From contig JBHGNT010000003.1 of NCBI GenBank assembly GCA_043228905.1, positions 14,446,001 through 14,510,000 on the forward strand: 64,000 nt of DNA, read 5' to 3'. Origin of the DNA: Azolla caroliniana (Eukaryota > Plantae > Polypodiophyta). The first letter of the stretch is position 1; each line of letters opens with the position of its first letter. The position numbers were made by a program, and so were the translations under genes. Below the pieces are notes generated by a model that saw nothing but the letters and a program-made list of their open reading frames with translations, was not told the origin of the DNA and did not search any database. Below are positions 1 to 13,805 of this stretch, one piece after another.

Positions 1-1581
1 CAGAGCTTGGAACAAGAATTGGCTAAGATGGTCATAACAGGACCCCAGGAATAAGAACCGGTGGCTCTGGTACATGTACGGAACAACGTAACGTCGACAA
101 CTGTACATAATCATACAACCCCGATGACAGAAACAATCCTGGAAACAATTACAGCGCAAGCACATGAGCTTGCCGTTTTCAAAGTAGACCTGACCGCACA
201 GGAAGCATTACAGATCAGGGAAAGAGAATTAAAATTGGCGGCGGAGGAGGAACAACGGAAGACTGCTGATAACCTCCGTCGAGCAAAAGAAAGCCTACGG
301 AAGGGACACCAAGCCTATGACTGGCTTAAGCAAGAGAAAGAAAAATTGCTGCAAGAGAAGGATAAACTCCGAAGGATGGCGGAAACAGAGATAGAGAGGC
401 TCAAAGAAGAGCTTCAACAGCAAAAGGATAGGGAAGACCGAGCTCGCCGCCAAATCAATCTGAAGCTAAAGCAAAAAACAGACGATTTTGACCACCTGCA
501 CCGGGATTATAAACATGTCGAGACGGAATACTAGAAGCTCATCACCGACAGCGACCGGCAGCAGGAGAAGATGTTCGAGCTCCGGAACGAAGTGCAACGG
601 GTGGAGACGGCACTAGCGGAAGAACGGGCTGAGAAGGAAACCATACGAGCTAAAGCAGCGCAGGAACGCCTGGAACTCCAGATGCAACATCATGCAGAAA
701 CGGAATGCGCCACCATGGTCTTACAAAGAGTGCAGACAACTTATCAGAATCAACTGGTGCGCTACAAGGACTAGGAGGTGGTAACTGCGAACCTGATCAA
801 ACAGTTGAAAGATGAACGGCAGGCCGCAGAAGAAAAATCAAAGATGGGGCTCGAACAAATCCGGTGCATTGTACAAGCATGGAAGAATTGAACAAAGCGA
901 TTGATTGAACACAACTCAGTATTATGGTGATCGAAATGGGCGAAGCAGGCTACCGAGCTACAGTTGCTGAGGGCGGACGCAGAAAACCGGAAAAGGGAAG
1001 GAGATGAGTTCTATAAGCTGGAATAGGAAGATTTTTTTGCCGTGAAAGATGAATTGGCAGATGACTTCGTAGCATTGGCTAATGAACAGATAGCAGTGGT
1101 CCGGCAACTAGTAGCACAACTAGACGATGATCAGTTGGATAACCAAATCCGGTTTGAAAGTTACGAAAAGGAGAGGCTACGACAAGAGGCGACGAAGAGT
1201 GCGGCAACAAGCGATCTCAGTGATGAAGAGCCATCATCGAAGCAAAGGACGAACAGAGGCAACGCTGGGACAAGCCAATCAGATTTAACTCAAGAGGAGA
1301 AACCAAGGGAGTATCTGCTACAACCGCCGGCACCGAGAGCCGGACAACAGCTATCGGAGGAGCAACACCCAGAAGAGCCAGAGACTGCATAGCAGCAGGA
1401 GCAACGCCCAAAAGAGCCGGAGATCGTGCAGCAGCAAGAGCAACAGCAACAGCCAATGGAGCAGTAGCCAGAGCAATGGCCACAGCCAATGGAGGAGCAG
1501 CAGCAGCAGTCCGATCAGCTTTCCGAAGAACCCTTAGAGCCCCTCGATCAGAGCATTCTGGACATTTTGGACGAGGATTGA
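1..1581 (+). pseudogene. Extra (post-pol) ORF of element A, coiled-coil C-terminal half, with premature stops
   Basis: ORFs 61-534, 571-774 and 1042-1392 share one frame ending DQSILDILDED* at 1581; motif LRADAENRKREGDEFYK is shared with B, C and D. Confidence 0.8.
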
Positions 1582-1591
1582 AGGCCGGATA

Positions 1592-1632
1592 GTGGGATTC
1601 GACGTACAAGGTACTGTCCCACGGGCATGCCA
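1592..1632 (+). other. tRNA-3'-end-like structured motif at the PPT position of element A
   Basis: GTGGGATTCGACGTACAAGGTACTGTCCCACGGGCATGCCA, then TG, then the LTR start TGTTAG; no purine tract nearby. Confidence 0.75.
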
Positions 1633-1634
1633 TG

Positions 1635-2096
1635 TGTTAGCCAACCGACAAGGAGTGGAGGACAGTCCAGAAGGTGAAAGGGCAGGATTTATCGGAAGCC
1701 GTTATTAGAGTAATTAGTAATTAAGTATATTTTGAGAAGTGAACGGATGGACCGGAATCGGTATGTCGATCCGGATCCGGACCAGTTCATATCAGTGTGC
1801 CGGTTGGCACCGTTTTGTATGCAGAGCCGGTGATCTATAAAAAGGCCCGGTTACATTGTAAAAAAGGACAGATAATTAATAAAGCTCTATTGTCTTGTCT
1901 CTGTGTATCGATTACCGTTCTGTGCTAATTACTTTCTATTCTTACGCATGTATTAAGATTCATGATATGTTGCTTAAGTAGCCGATATAGGTCTGATTAA
2001 TCATCGGTCTAACTCTATCTCACCGTAACACCCTTTGGTGAAGTGTCTTCCGTAGACACCCTGTGTTAGGCTATTGTCCGACCCTTAGGAGTAACA
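1635..2096 (+). repeat. 3' LTR of element A (462 bp)
   Basis: TGTTAG...GTAACA termini; TATAAAAA near 1837; homology to the B LTRs. Confidence 0.85.
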
Positions 2097-2527
2097 TACA
2101 TTAGTGAAGGGTATGTTCACTAATGTTAAAAAGGGGACTAATGATTGGATAGAAGGAATGATAGGTGCATGCACTATCATGATTTGGACAACCAATGAAT
2201 TGAGAGCCTTTTAGAAAGGCACATCTATTCAAGGGGCCTAGGAAAAAGGTATAAATATGAGGCTTAGCTACCCTCATAATCACATTACGTCGGAAGGCTG
2301 TTGTCTTAGACACTGGTGGTGTGGGCTAGGCTTTCGTCTTGATGATCGTGTTTATCTCTTCCAAGGTATTCGTCATCCTAATATCCGGCGGTATGGGACG
2401 TCGGTGGTAGGCTGGCTATGTCTAGATCATAGCTCGGGGGTGGTCGGGTGGAACGGGTTCTTCTATCCATTCTATTTTCCTTCTTTTACTTTAGTTTGGT
2501 CTATTGATTAGTAATAGACTCTTAACA
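2097..2527. repeat. Probable right part of another LTR into which A inserted
   Basis: Non-coding, ends CTTAACA and abuts Copia H integrase sequence; no partner in the window. Confidence 0.35.
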
Positions 2528-5296
2528 TCTCGGCTCACTTGAACTTCTTTTATTTGGGGGTTGTAGCACTTGTACCTCTTTTGTTCTTGTGAGTAGCTGA
2601 TTAATACGCATTTCTCTGACTTTGCATCTAGCTTCTTTCACTTCTCATCGGGTACATGCACATAGGCAATACTCCCGAATACTTTCAAGTGTCTTAAGTT
2701 TGGCTTCTGTCCGAAATACAGCTCATGTGCTAACACCTTTTGCTCAATCCGGTTTTGGATGTAGACCACGATCCGAACTGCTTCGGCCCAATAAATTTTG
2801 GGCATGCTCTTTTCCTCCAGCATTGTTTGTGCCGCTTCCACAACCAACCGATTTTTCCTTTCAGCTATGTTGTTCTATTCCCATGTATACCTACAACTAA
2901 ATTCTCTTCGAATTCCCATCTTCTGTAGGTAACAATTGAACAAACCGAAAAAATATTCTTTTCCTCCATCCGATCATTATACCATTGGTCTTTCTCTCTG
3001 TTTCCCTTTCAACAAGGCTGTTCAAGTTCTGAAAATAGTCGAAGCTTTCGCTTTTCTTCTCCATGAGATAGATCCATGTGTGCCGGCTATAGTCATCGAT
3101 GAAGGAAACGAAGTACTGAATTTTGCCAAAGCTCACATTCTGTGTCAATCCCCATACATCTAAATGTATCCAGTCGAGCTTGTTACGGCTCTGATTATGT
3201 TCGTTTGGGAATGGAAGTCGGTGTTGCTTCCCAAGCTAGTAGGCTTCACAAATTTGGGCTTTCTGGCCAATGAATTTCATCAAGCTGAATAATACTTGTT
3301 TCGACTGCAGATCTTGAAGCCTTTGATAGTTGACGTGGCCGATCCGCTTGTGCCATAAGTCGATATCCGACTTGACTATCTTTCCCTTCATAATCAATGT
3401 CGTGCCAATGTCGTTGGTGTTGAGGATGAACATCATCCCTTCTCAGCGCCCTTGCACAATGATTTGGCCCTCTTCCTCGATGAAACACTCGAGGTGGGTG
3501 AACTGGACTTGCATCCCTTGGTCGACGATCTGTGCAACCGACACCAAACTCTTCGTAATTGTCAAGACGTGCAACATGTTCATAAGTCTCCCCTTCTGCC
3601 TGACATGGCTTAGGGGAACATTGCCAACATGTTCGATTGGATTCGAGGTGTTGTCTCCAGTTTCGACGACTCCTAGTTGTTTTGGTTTTCCTAAGAATGA
3701 GAACCACTCTTCATGGCTCGTCATGTGATTTGATGCTTCGGAGTCGATGTACCACACCTCATTCGGTTCCATGGTGCTCTTCTTCATCGGATTAGCCTTG
3801 TGCTTAATCACAAAGGTTGGGCCCTTTCCAATTCCGAATCCTTCCGATCCTTCAGCGTAGTGCGATCGCTACTGATTTCCGTGTTCAGCTTTCCCCGATC
3901 TGGATTTGTCTAAATCAGCGCGCTTCTTCTAGCACTTGCTCTCCTGGTGACCCTTCTAGCCACAATACCAGCATTCCGTTTCAACCTTTGCTTGCTAGTT
4001 TCTGGTGCCGACTACCCCTGCTTGTGGAGGGTCCAGAATTGTTGTCGGCATGGCGGTTATGCCTTTGAGTCTACTCTTGTCGTCCGCCACTATTGCGTGC
4101 CAATCCACCTCGTCCTTCACATTCATGGGGGCGATCCGCCTCCGTGTACAACATCTGGCTTTCAGATTGTGTCATTCTTGATGCACCCACGTGGTTTTCT
4201 TCGACTAGAAGCCTTGATTTCAAGTCGAAGAATGATGGTGGCTTCTCCCATGTGCAAATAGCCCTCCACATCGGCCCGTACCTTTGCACAAAACCACCGA
4301 GGCAAATCTGCACCATCTCATCCTCATCCACCATCATGTTGATGCGTCATAGATCTCTTTGATATTCAGGGTGTAGTCGGTGACCATCATATTCCTCTAT
4401 CGGATATTGTTGAGCTCTTGTCAGAGCTGCAACTTCCTGGCTGTGGTACTTGCGGAGAAAATGTTCTTTAGATTTTCCCAGCCCTCTTTCGACATCTTTG
4501 CATCTCTGATGTAGCCGAGCATCTGGTCGGGCACACAAGATGCAAGGCATAGATCTCCATGTTCCCAAACTAGGAAATCCTTGTGTGCCAATTCCGGCGT
4601 GACTTCATTTGCTCCTTCTACAATAGCCCTGCCCCAGCAGGTACTAGTGCATCTTGTACGACCAAGATGCATAGTTGCTCCGATCGAGCTTTTCTGTACG
4701 AAACGAGCTTGCAATGCTTCTGTCCATTCCTCTCTTCTTTCTCTGTTCTTACCGGGTGTTTGGTCTTGGTTTGTCTGAATGCTTTGTCGACAATAGAGCA
4801 TTCTCAACCCTCGCGCTCTAATATCATGTGATGAGTTATGTGTGGAATCTTGTAGACACAACCGGCTCAGTCGTATAACAACAGAACACAAACGAAGGTT
4901 TAATGGAAAGCTTGGAAAATACATAGAGAACGCGGGAGAGACAGAGAGAGTAGAACACACATTATTTCTATTTCAAAATAACACTCTATACATACTTATG
5001 TGCTCAGAGAGCACTTTTATACAAGTTCTAAAAAAGGACTGACAGAAGTACTGACATATACTTGAATGCTCATAACTGAGCTGCTGACACTGACTCCTAA
5101 AAATATGATTACCTAGTAACCTAGATATGTAGGCCTCTAACGGCCTACTGCCTCACGCAGATCCAGGTCTCCGATCCGGCTCTCTGATTCGATCTAGCTC
5201 ACCGATCCGATACGGACCTAGCCAATCAATCTTCACATGATCCAACTCTCAGCTTATTCTACTGATCCAGCCCACGTTGAGCTTGTCTACTCAACA
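2528..5296 (-). mobile_element. Truncated Ty1/Copia element H (5' LTR, gag-PR-IN; RT not in view)
   Basis: Minus-strand fragments WYIDSEASNHMT (protease), LWHKRIGHVN (gag-pre-integrase), YFVSFIDDYSRHTWIY and YWAEAV (integrase); degenerate iMet PBS 4815-4826; LTR 4829-5296 TGATGAG...CTCAACA. Confidence 0.85.
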
Positions 5297-7156
5297 CTTC
5301 TTCCGTATCTGATTGGCCTCTTCCTTTGTCCATGATGATTCTGTTGTCATCGTGCTTAAGAACCGCCCAATTAGAAGCCACTGCCCTTCATAGTCGTTTT
5401 CGTTTAACACACATTGGGTCGGAGTGCTTTGCCCGTTTGCGCCGACTCGAAGAAGTTCATGCCAACTTCTTCGTCCTTTGATACCATGTCATCTTCTTCT
5501 TCTAACCACGCGCTTGATAGTATATCGGCCATGGCATTGTCTTTCTCGAAAATATGTCATATTTCCGAGTTTAGGGACTTGGATGTACATGATCCACATT
5601 ATCATCGTCAGGTCTGGAGTCGCACATTCGGATACCATCCCGAGAATCGGGAGACAGTCTATCTCTAGTATTACCTCTATCCCTATCAAGTAATCTTTAT
5701 CGACCTTTACTACCTTGTTTGACTTGGGTGTATCCTCGTTGTCGCTTGATCAACAACTTTTCCCTGAATAGGATGGTGAACCTCGTCCCGCCTTCGTCCT
5801 CTTGGTTGATCACCCACCCGATCCCGTTCGGCCTCGTGTCGACCGTCATGTATATCAAGGACTCCTTCCCATAGATTTCCTTCTGGAGAGTTGGTGCCGC
5901 TGTTAGCATCCCCTTCAGCCTCCTCATCATTTTCGAGTGCTCTTCGCCCCATGCGAACTTCCGCCCTTTTCTTAGTAATCCGTAGACTAGCTCGGCAATA
6001 TGCACATAAGGGGGGATACAAATGTGGTAGAAGGCACATGCACCGAGGAATCCCCGGACCTCGTGGTCATCCTGCACTCCTCCTTCATCACCAAGGTGGC
6101 CTCTACCTTAGCCGGAGACTGCTTTTGATTGTATGACTTGCATAGGTGTCCAACCACCAGAATCTCTAACTACTCGTATGCGGACTTATCTCCCAAGAAG
6201 ATAAGTCGTGCACCTTCAAGCCACTGTAGTATTTTCTCGCAATCACCGATGTGGTCGGCCACGAACTTTTGGCATCTATCCTCCCCGACCGACTAGTCCT
6301 TCTGATCCTCCGGACACCCCTTTATCGCATGGCATGGTGATGTCCGGGATGCAATCCCTCATCACCTTATTCATCGCATTCACCATGTGTGCTACCAAAT
6401 TCGTCCCTCCTTGTGGTAGGGTACACATCCGAACTAAGACGAGAGGGGTCTGCATCATCCTGATGTCCTTGCTTTCGACGGCTAGTTGGAACTGGTCATG
6501 CCCTAAGTAGAAGTCGCCAATCGAGTAGATCGACCTTCTGGTGAAGGCCTTCGCAAACTCATCGATGGCCGGCCTGACCCTGCATTCTGAATTTTCACCT
6601 TGTTGATAGGTTGCAGGTCCTATATGAAGCATAGTGTGTCGTTCTTCTTCGATCATAAACCACCGCTTGGATTAGCACCACTTTTACCTCCATAGGTTTC
6701 TTCATTTTAGGCTTAGTCGAAAGCCGCTTCCTTTTTACCAAGTCGATGATCGTGTTATGGAATTCCTACTTGGCAATACCTAGTACTTCTCGTAACGTGA
6801 GTTCCACCCGACTATTGAGAATTTGCTCCTCTATGACCTTTCGTAGGTCTATCTTGTTCTCTATCTCCGAGCTGAGTCAGAAGCTCAGAATGTTTTGCTT
6901 TGCCTTCTCCTTCAGGACAATTCCTTCACCCCTTCTTGGCCCGCTCCGGGTGTCGTACCTCCCTGAAGGGACTACCCCTCCAGCCTTTCCGACCCGTTTG
7001 TCTTCAACCAGAACTTCGTAGTTCAAGCAAGCAGCTTCTACGAAGCTTGTCTTTTCCTCTACCGGATCACTCCACTCGGTGACCTCTCGGACTCGCCTCT
7101 TTGCGCGATCCGTTTCCTCCCTCATTAGAGTCTTCCTGAAGAAGCCTTCCAACGCC

Positions 7157-7580
7157 TGTCAGGAATAGTACTAAAGCAGAGATGGAATTAGTACTAAGAA
7201 GAACAATACTATTAGTACTAAGAGGACGGGACTGTGTAAGATTCCCGAGAGAGAGGAAGTGAGAAGAGGAGAGAGAGAGATAGGATGATGACAGCAGCTC
7301 TTATATTATATGAAAGATAAGTACAAATCGGCTAAGAGGCTTAAGACTGGTGTTAAACCAATTTGGTTCAAAACAATGCCTTGTGCCTCCTTTTATAGTG
7401 TTTTTAGGAATAATCCTGAAGCTTCTAGAATGTTCCAAAGAGATTTGGAATATACATCAATTTTCTATGATAAAGCATTAATAAAAATAATATCCTACAA
7501 ATTACAATTCATAGTCTAATGGTAAGAGCTCGACCCATGTAGCATAAGGTCATGGGTTCGAGTCTTGCCATATCATGACA
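7157..7580 (-). mobile_element. Solo LTR of the Tcn1-like chromovirus family (same family as E)
   Basis: TGTCAGGAA...CATGACA, clearly homologous to the E LTRs; flanked by ACGCC/ATGCC (TSD with one CpG transition). Confidence 0.9.
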
Positions 7581-8130
7581 ATGCCACCGGTTACAATCTG
7601 GTGCTCTTGTCTCCTCCAACCCGGATACCTGTCGAAGCCGAGTAGTAGATGGTCTCTATATGCTGCGCCACAAGTTCCAAAGGTACACCATGTTGTTCCT
7701 TAGTGCCTCGTCGAAGTCAGCGCAATCTCTCCGAATGTTGCCGACACCGTCGCACCACATACACCTAAGGTCATTGGGCAGGCGTCGATCACAAGATTGA
7801 CCTCCGCCATCCCTCCGGGCCTAAGCGATCTAGAGATCCCACACCATATTCGTTGGCCCTTCCAGCGCCGGCACCCCGGTGTTGGCATAAAAGGCCGACT
7901 CCTTTCGATTTGTATCCTAGTGTGAACTCGTCCAAAGAGTTAGGGCTTAGTATATAAGCAATAACCTAACGATGTAAAGATAGAGAACATCTTGATCATC
8001 TCGTAGACCGACCTCTGAGAGAGAGAAAGAGAGAGAACGTAATAATAAAGCATCCATTAAAGCTTAAACCACGTCTATCTTCTGTTGTATTCTCTTGCCT
8101 TCCTTCTGTGTTGTTTGCTTAACACTACGG

Positions 8131-8342
8131 CCAATCCTCATACATACGTTTCCGTGAACTTTCTCACTACAACTGGTATCAAAGCGACTTGCGGTTCAGC
8201 GGCAACAAACACCAGAAAAAGATGAAAGGAAAAAGACCAATCCTCATACATACGTTTCCGTGAACTTTCTCACTACAACTGGTATCAAAGCGACTTGCGG
8301 TTCAGCGGCAACAAACACCAGAAAAAGATGAAAGGAAAAAGA
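8131..8342 (+). repeat. Tandem duplication (2 x 106 bp) of LTR end, PBS and leader
   Basis: 8131-8236 and 8237-8342 read identical; second PBS at 8280-8291. Confidence 0.9.
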
Positions 8343-8376
8343 CCCTGTCAGTAAAATCTCACTTTCGAAGAAGAAC

Positions 8377-11300
8377 ATGGCTTCAACATCCGGAACAAGA
8401 GTTGAAATCAGAAAATTCGATGCCAAAACCTTTGCCCTATGGAAGGAGATGATGCAGGATAAGCTAATCATCACAAGACAAGTCGAAGCCATTCGACACA
8501 ATGAAAAACCTGCCTTGATGGCAACTGAAGAGTGGAGATCTACAGACAAAATTGCACGCTCCACCATCCGAATGCATCTGGCCAAAAACGTCTACTTCAG
8601 CATGGCAAAAGAGACGATAGCATTCTCATTGTGGGAGAAGCTACATGCCGTGTACGAGAAAAAGTCCTCATCTTCAAAACTAATTTTGATCAAAAAAAAT
8701 GTTCAACATGAAGATGAGAGAGACCAATCCGGTTACCTCCCACATCAACACCTTCAGCTGGGTGTTGTCAGAACTCTCCGCACAAGGGGTCAACTTCGAA
8801 GAAGAAGTGAACGCTCTAGACCTCCTATCGAGCTTGCCAGCGAGTTCGGAGGTATTCTGCATGACATACAGTAATAGCCGATCAATCCTAAATTTGGATG
8901 AGACGATCAGCCAAGTCCTCACCGTGGGCATTCAGCGAAAATCAATGGAACTCACCATCGACGAGTCGGCAAAAGCCCACCACTCGACTGAGCCAATCGA
9001 CAAATTTAGTCGATCGAGAGAGCAAGCCGACTGAACCAGTCGGAACACCCACCGATCGAAAACGAGGGGGGATGAACAGTGGTTGAAGTCCAGAACGGGC
9101 CGATCAGGTGAATTCTGCACACACTGCAAAAAATCTGGCCACAATGTTTCCGACTTCTAGTGGATCAAGAGAAAAGAGAATGGTCGGAGATCCAAGCAAA
9201 ATCGAGGACAACCCGACTCAGACCCGGCAATCAAATCAATGTTGCTAACACCCGATCAAGAGAAATTCTCTCATTAGACGATTCAATGATCGGAGAAGTC
9301 CTCTAAAGGGCACAAGATGCACACACGTGGTTACTAGATTCTGGTGCCACATTCCACTTGACCACTTAGATCGAATGGTTTTCAAACTATTCGGTCGGCG
9401 CCAGCGGTACAGTTTGACTAGGCAATGGGCAGGAGTGTAGAATAGCAGGAGTTGGCAAAGTACCAATTCAACTACCAAACGACAACACAGCAATCTTGCA
9501 CGAAGTCTGACACATACCCAATCTGAAAAGGAGTTTGGTCTCCATTGGCATGCTAGCCGAAGACGGGTACTGAAAGACTCTAAGTGAGTCGACATGGATG
9601 ATCAGCCGAGGAAATCTGAAGATTGGAAGCGAGCACAAGTACAACAATTTGTACCCAATGATGGTGATCAATCCAGACGGGGCCGTGAACATAGCTAAAA
9701 AGACCGACCCAAACCTATGGCATGGTCGATTTGGCCATATGACTCAAGCCGGACTCGATCGACTGATGGCGGTGGGCTACATTCCCAAACTCCAAGCAAA
9801 GTCGGACTTCTACGAGCATTGTCGATATGGGAAACAGACCCGAAGTCCGCACTCTCTCAGCCCCTAGAGCTCATGCACACAGATATATGTGGGCTCATGC
9901 CAGAGCAATCACTAGGAGGGTCTCAGAACTTCATCACATTTGTAGATGAGGATTTAGTGTTTAGGGTTTAGGCCGCCCGGTACACGGAAGGTCTGGGCCT
10001 ACTTGATTAGGTCCAAAGACGAAGCGCTCGAGGTCTTCACTCGGTGGATAGCTGAAGTAGAGAACCGGTCAGGATATAGAGTGAAGACACTCCGATCCGA
10101 CAACGGAGGAGAATATACCTTCAAAGCTTTCAAATAGTACATGTCTGATAAAGGGATCTGGCATCAAAAGACCGTTCCTTACACACCCATGCATAATGGA
10201 GTGGCAGAACGGATCAACTGAACGATCCAGGAGAGAGTGATGGCAATGCTCCAGCAAGCCGAACTAAAGTTGGAGTTCTGGACCGAGGCATAGCAGACGA
10301 AAGTATATCTAGTAAATCTACCACCGTCGAAAGCAATCAGGCTCGAAGTAGCACATGCACTATGGTTAGGCAAACAGCTGACCTATGATAGGCTCTGTAT
10401 ATTCAAATGTGAAGCCTACGTGTTCATCCCCAAGGAGAAAAGGAGCAAGTTGGCACCCTATGCAACGAAGTGCATATTTCTAGGTTACGAAACCAACGAG
10501 GACTTAGAGTACAGGCTATGGAACCCCGAGAACTAGAAATTGATCTGAAGCAGTGATGTAGTCTTCAATGAAGACCCTATCTACTCTCAACATAACCAAC
10601 AGAAAATAGTTGGTAAAAAGGTATCCTTTGAAGCCGACAACATACCTGCCGACTCTGAATCAGTACGAGGTCCAAGAGTCAAACTCGAAGACAAAGTCAA
10701 ATCGACTAGAGTCAAAAATGATAGAGTCAAAAGAAACAATGTCCAAACGACCGAAACACCAAATATGACTCAAGGAAAATAAGATCCGAGTCGACCGAGT
10801 ACCCAAGGGAGAACGTCACGATACCGCTAAAATCCCAACATGCGGGTGGGTCAACCAACAGGACACTTGACACTAGTGGCTCAACAAATGCCGATCAACC
10901 AACAGAGAGAATCGAAGGATCTGAACCACTCATTTCGGCACCCAGGAGATCCAGACAAGCTCGAAGACCAACAAAGTTTTATCAACCGTGCCTCGACTAC
11001 GTAAACTACACCGATGCAGGTGAACCAAACACATACAACAAAGCTATGGCCACACCGGATGCCAACACATGGATGCAATCCATGAAATCCGAAATGGACT
11101 CAATGAAAGAGAACAACACATGGGAGCTGGTCGAACTACCAGCTGGAAGAAAGTTTCTACCCTGCAAATGGGTTTTCCGATACAAATATGTATCTGACTT
11201 AGAGAAACCCAAGTACAAAGCTCGGCTTGTCGCGAGAGGGTCCAAACAAGAACATGGGGTTGACTACGATGAGATATTCTCACTAGTAGTCAAGATGACC

Positions 11301-12530
11301 ACCCTTCAACTCCTACTAGGAGTTGTAGCAACAAAAGACCTAGAGCTTGAACAGATGGACATAAAGACGGCATTTCTACACGGATATATGGAAGAAGACA
11401 TTTACATGTCTCAATCGGTAGGCTTCACGGCGACGAGGGAGGAAACTCACCCCGTATGTCGACTAAAGAAAAGTCTTTACGACTTGAAACAGGTGCCGAG
11501 GATGTGATACCAGAAGTTTGACTCCTACATCAGGCAGCTTGGATACCGCCGATCAGACTCTGACCCATGTATGTACATTCGGCAACTAGCCGATGAGTCT
11601 AGGATTTATCTAATCCTATATGTTGACGACATGCTGATTGCAAGAAGTGGTCAAGCAGAGATCAGAAAGCTGAAGCGGAGCCTTCATGACAAGTTTGCAA
11701 TGAAGGAACTCAGACAAGCCCGTCACATACTAGGCATGAGGATTGAGTGAAATCGGACGACTAGGACTCTCCCACTCTCCCAATCCGACTATATCAGGAA
11801 GGTGTTGAAGCGCTTCAACATGGAAAATGTGAAGTCGGTGCCAACACCGCTTCCAACAACGATCCGACTATCGGACAGAGACTCTCCTTCAACAGACAAG
11901 GAGAGAGAGATTAATGGGAAGATGCCCTACGCATCGGTCGTAGGAAGTATCATCTACCCAATGGTGGTGACCCGACCTGACCTAGCCTATGTCGTACGGG
12001 TGGTCAACCGGTACATGTCAAACCCAAGATGGAAGTATTGGGAGGCCGTCAAGCACATCCTTAGGTATCTAAAAGGAACCATGGATGCATAATTGACTTT
12101 CGGTTTGACAACCTCAAACGGACAATCAGAAGTCGACATCATGCTACATCTTCACCTATGGTGGCGGTACGATATCATGGAGGTCGTAACTTCAAGAGTA
12201 CACGACTCTGTCAACCACAAGGGCCGAGTACATAGCAGTATTGGAGGCAACGAAGGAAGCGATATGGTTGCACAGACTGTCAGTTGACTTCTCAACTACA
12301 AGCTAAATCGACCGGCCAAGCCGACCATTTATTGCGACTCATAGAGTGCAATTCACCTCATCAACAATCATGTCTATCATCACATCTGGAAGCTCATAAT
12401 CAAGAAGAAGCTCGAAGTCCATAAGATCGACACCGAGGTGAACTTCGTCGATTGCTTGACGAAACCACTCCCAGATCAACGCTTCAGAGCCTTAAGGGTA
12501 AAGATGGGACTGCCACAAGCAACCGAGCAA
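8377..12530 (+). pseudogene. Copia F gag-PR-IN-RT-RNase H polyprotein, many stops and frameshifts
   Basis: IRKFDAKTFALWK (gag), LWHGRFGH, KYKARLVARG, QMDIKTAFLHG, LYVDDML near 11615, TRPDLAY. End coordinate approximate. Confidence 0.85.
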
Positions 12531-12702
12531 AAGAAGGCTGAACAAGGAGCAAACAGTAAGTCGAACCGATCGACTCAGACAAGTCACTCTGACTGACTAA
12601 CTGAACCAGGCTAGACATTGAACATATATTTGCCGCCTCAGCCACAAGCTGACTGACTTGTAAATATAAATTTAGATTAATTTTGTAATCTAGGTTTACC
12701 GG

Positions 12703-13805
12703 TGTCACGGAAATCCGCGCGTGCGTGTAAGATTAGGCGGGACCACCGGGGTCTTGAACTAGGGAGTAAGAGGGGAAGTGGGAGCTTAACCCTTACGAGC
12801 TTTCAAGCACAAAAGAGGTAGAACAAGGCACGAAGATTGACAAGAGAATGGGCTAGACCGAGCCAAGTTTCACCAAGCATAATCTCAAATACAACAAGAG
12901 CACGAGCACACCACATGAACCGAGAACCATGTACCACGAGAGCCGACGACACCAACACCATAAACCTCGAACCACGCGAACGGCGAGCTCACGGACTCAC
13001 GACGACGAACACGGGCACCAACACAATGGACCGAGAACCACCCGAACAGCGAGCTCACACACTCGCAACGACGAACGTGGTCACCAACACCATGGACCGA
13101 GAACCACCCGAACGGCGAGCACACAGGCTCACAACGACGAACGGAGTGAAGCTACGCCGGACCAACAAGCCTCGGGCTCACAAGCACCAACACCATCACA
13201 AGGCCACAGACACACCTCAAGATGAGAATGTGAATGAGAGAGATCAAGAACCCATAAGAACAAATGAGCAAGAAAAGAAGAAGTATTCAAACCCTAAACC
13301 CTAAACCCTAATGGTGCCATCCCCAAAACCCTAGAAAACCCTTGAAATTGAAGAGAAGAAGATAATTCCCCCAAACCCTAAAATGGTCGACCCTCATGAG
13401 CCCCTCTCGACCTTTTTTTATAGCTAAAAAAGGAAAGAGTTCCCCACGTCGTCCCTTCAATACAAAAGGAATAAAATTCCTTAAATCACGCTACACCGTC
13501 TGCTTGGACTCAAACCGTATACCTTAAGTTAGGGGATAGCACATCTATCCACTAGCCCTTTCACTTCCTATTATTTATATAATAAGTAAACATCTAGAAA
13601 ACCATACTCTCTCTCCTCCCTACTTTTCACCTCTCCTCTCTCTTACTTTTTACACGAAACCCTATACCTCATTTTCACCCTTCCTTTTCCCTTTTCTTTT
13701 GTATGTGCACAACTAATTGCCTTTGTGTGCACACACATTGCACATGCACATTTTGACCCCCCTTTCGCCGGTTTTTCCCACACTCGAGCACGCCACATCA
13801 CAACA
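12703..13805 (-). mobile_element. Solo LTR related to the element G LTR, inserted in the 3' region of Copia F
   Basis: Left end TGTCACGGAAATCCGCG...TCTTGAACTAGGGAGT matches 14876 onward; flanked by (A)CCGG on both sides; about three ~66-bp internal repeats at 12950-13143. Confidence 0.75.

Larger units (their letters stand above)
1..2096 (+). mobile_element. 3' part of non-chromovirus Ty3/Gypsy element A (extra ORF + 3' LTR); 5' part lies outside the window
   Basis: LTR 1635-2096 is homologous to element B LTRs in reverse complement (GACACCCTGTGTTAGGCT...GGAGTAACA); ORF fragments align with the extra ORF of B. Confidence 0.85.

Noticed and set aside
13289-13311. (AAACCCT)3 as an interstitial telomere
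   Set aside because: Only three units, inside a solo LTR; telo-box-like motifs are common in plants.
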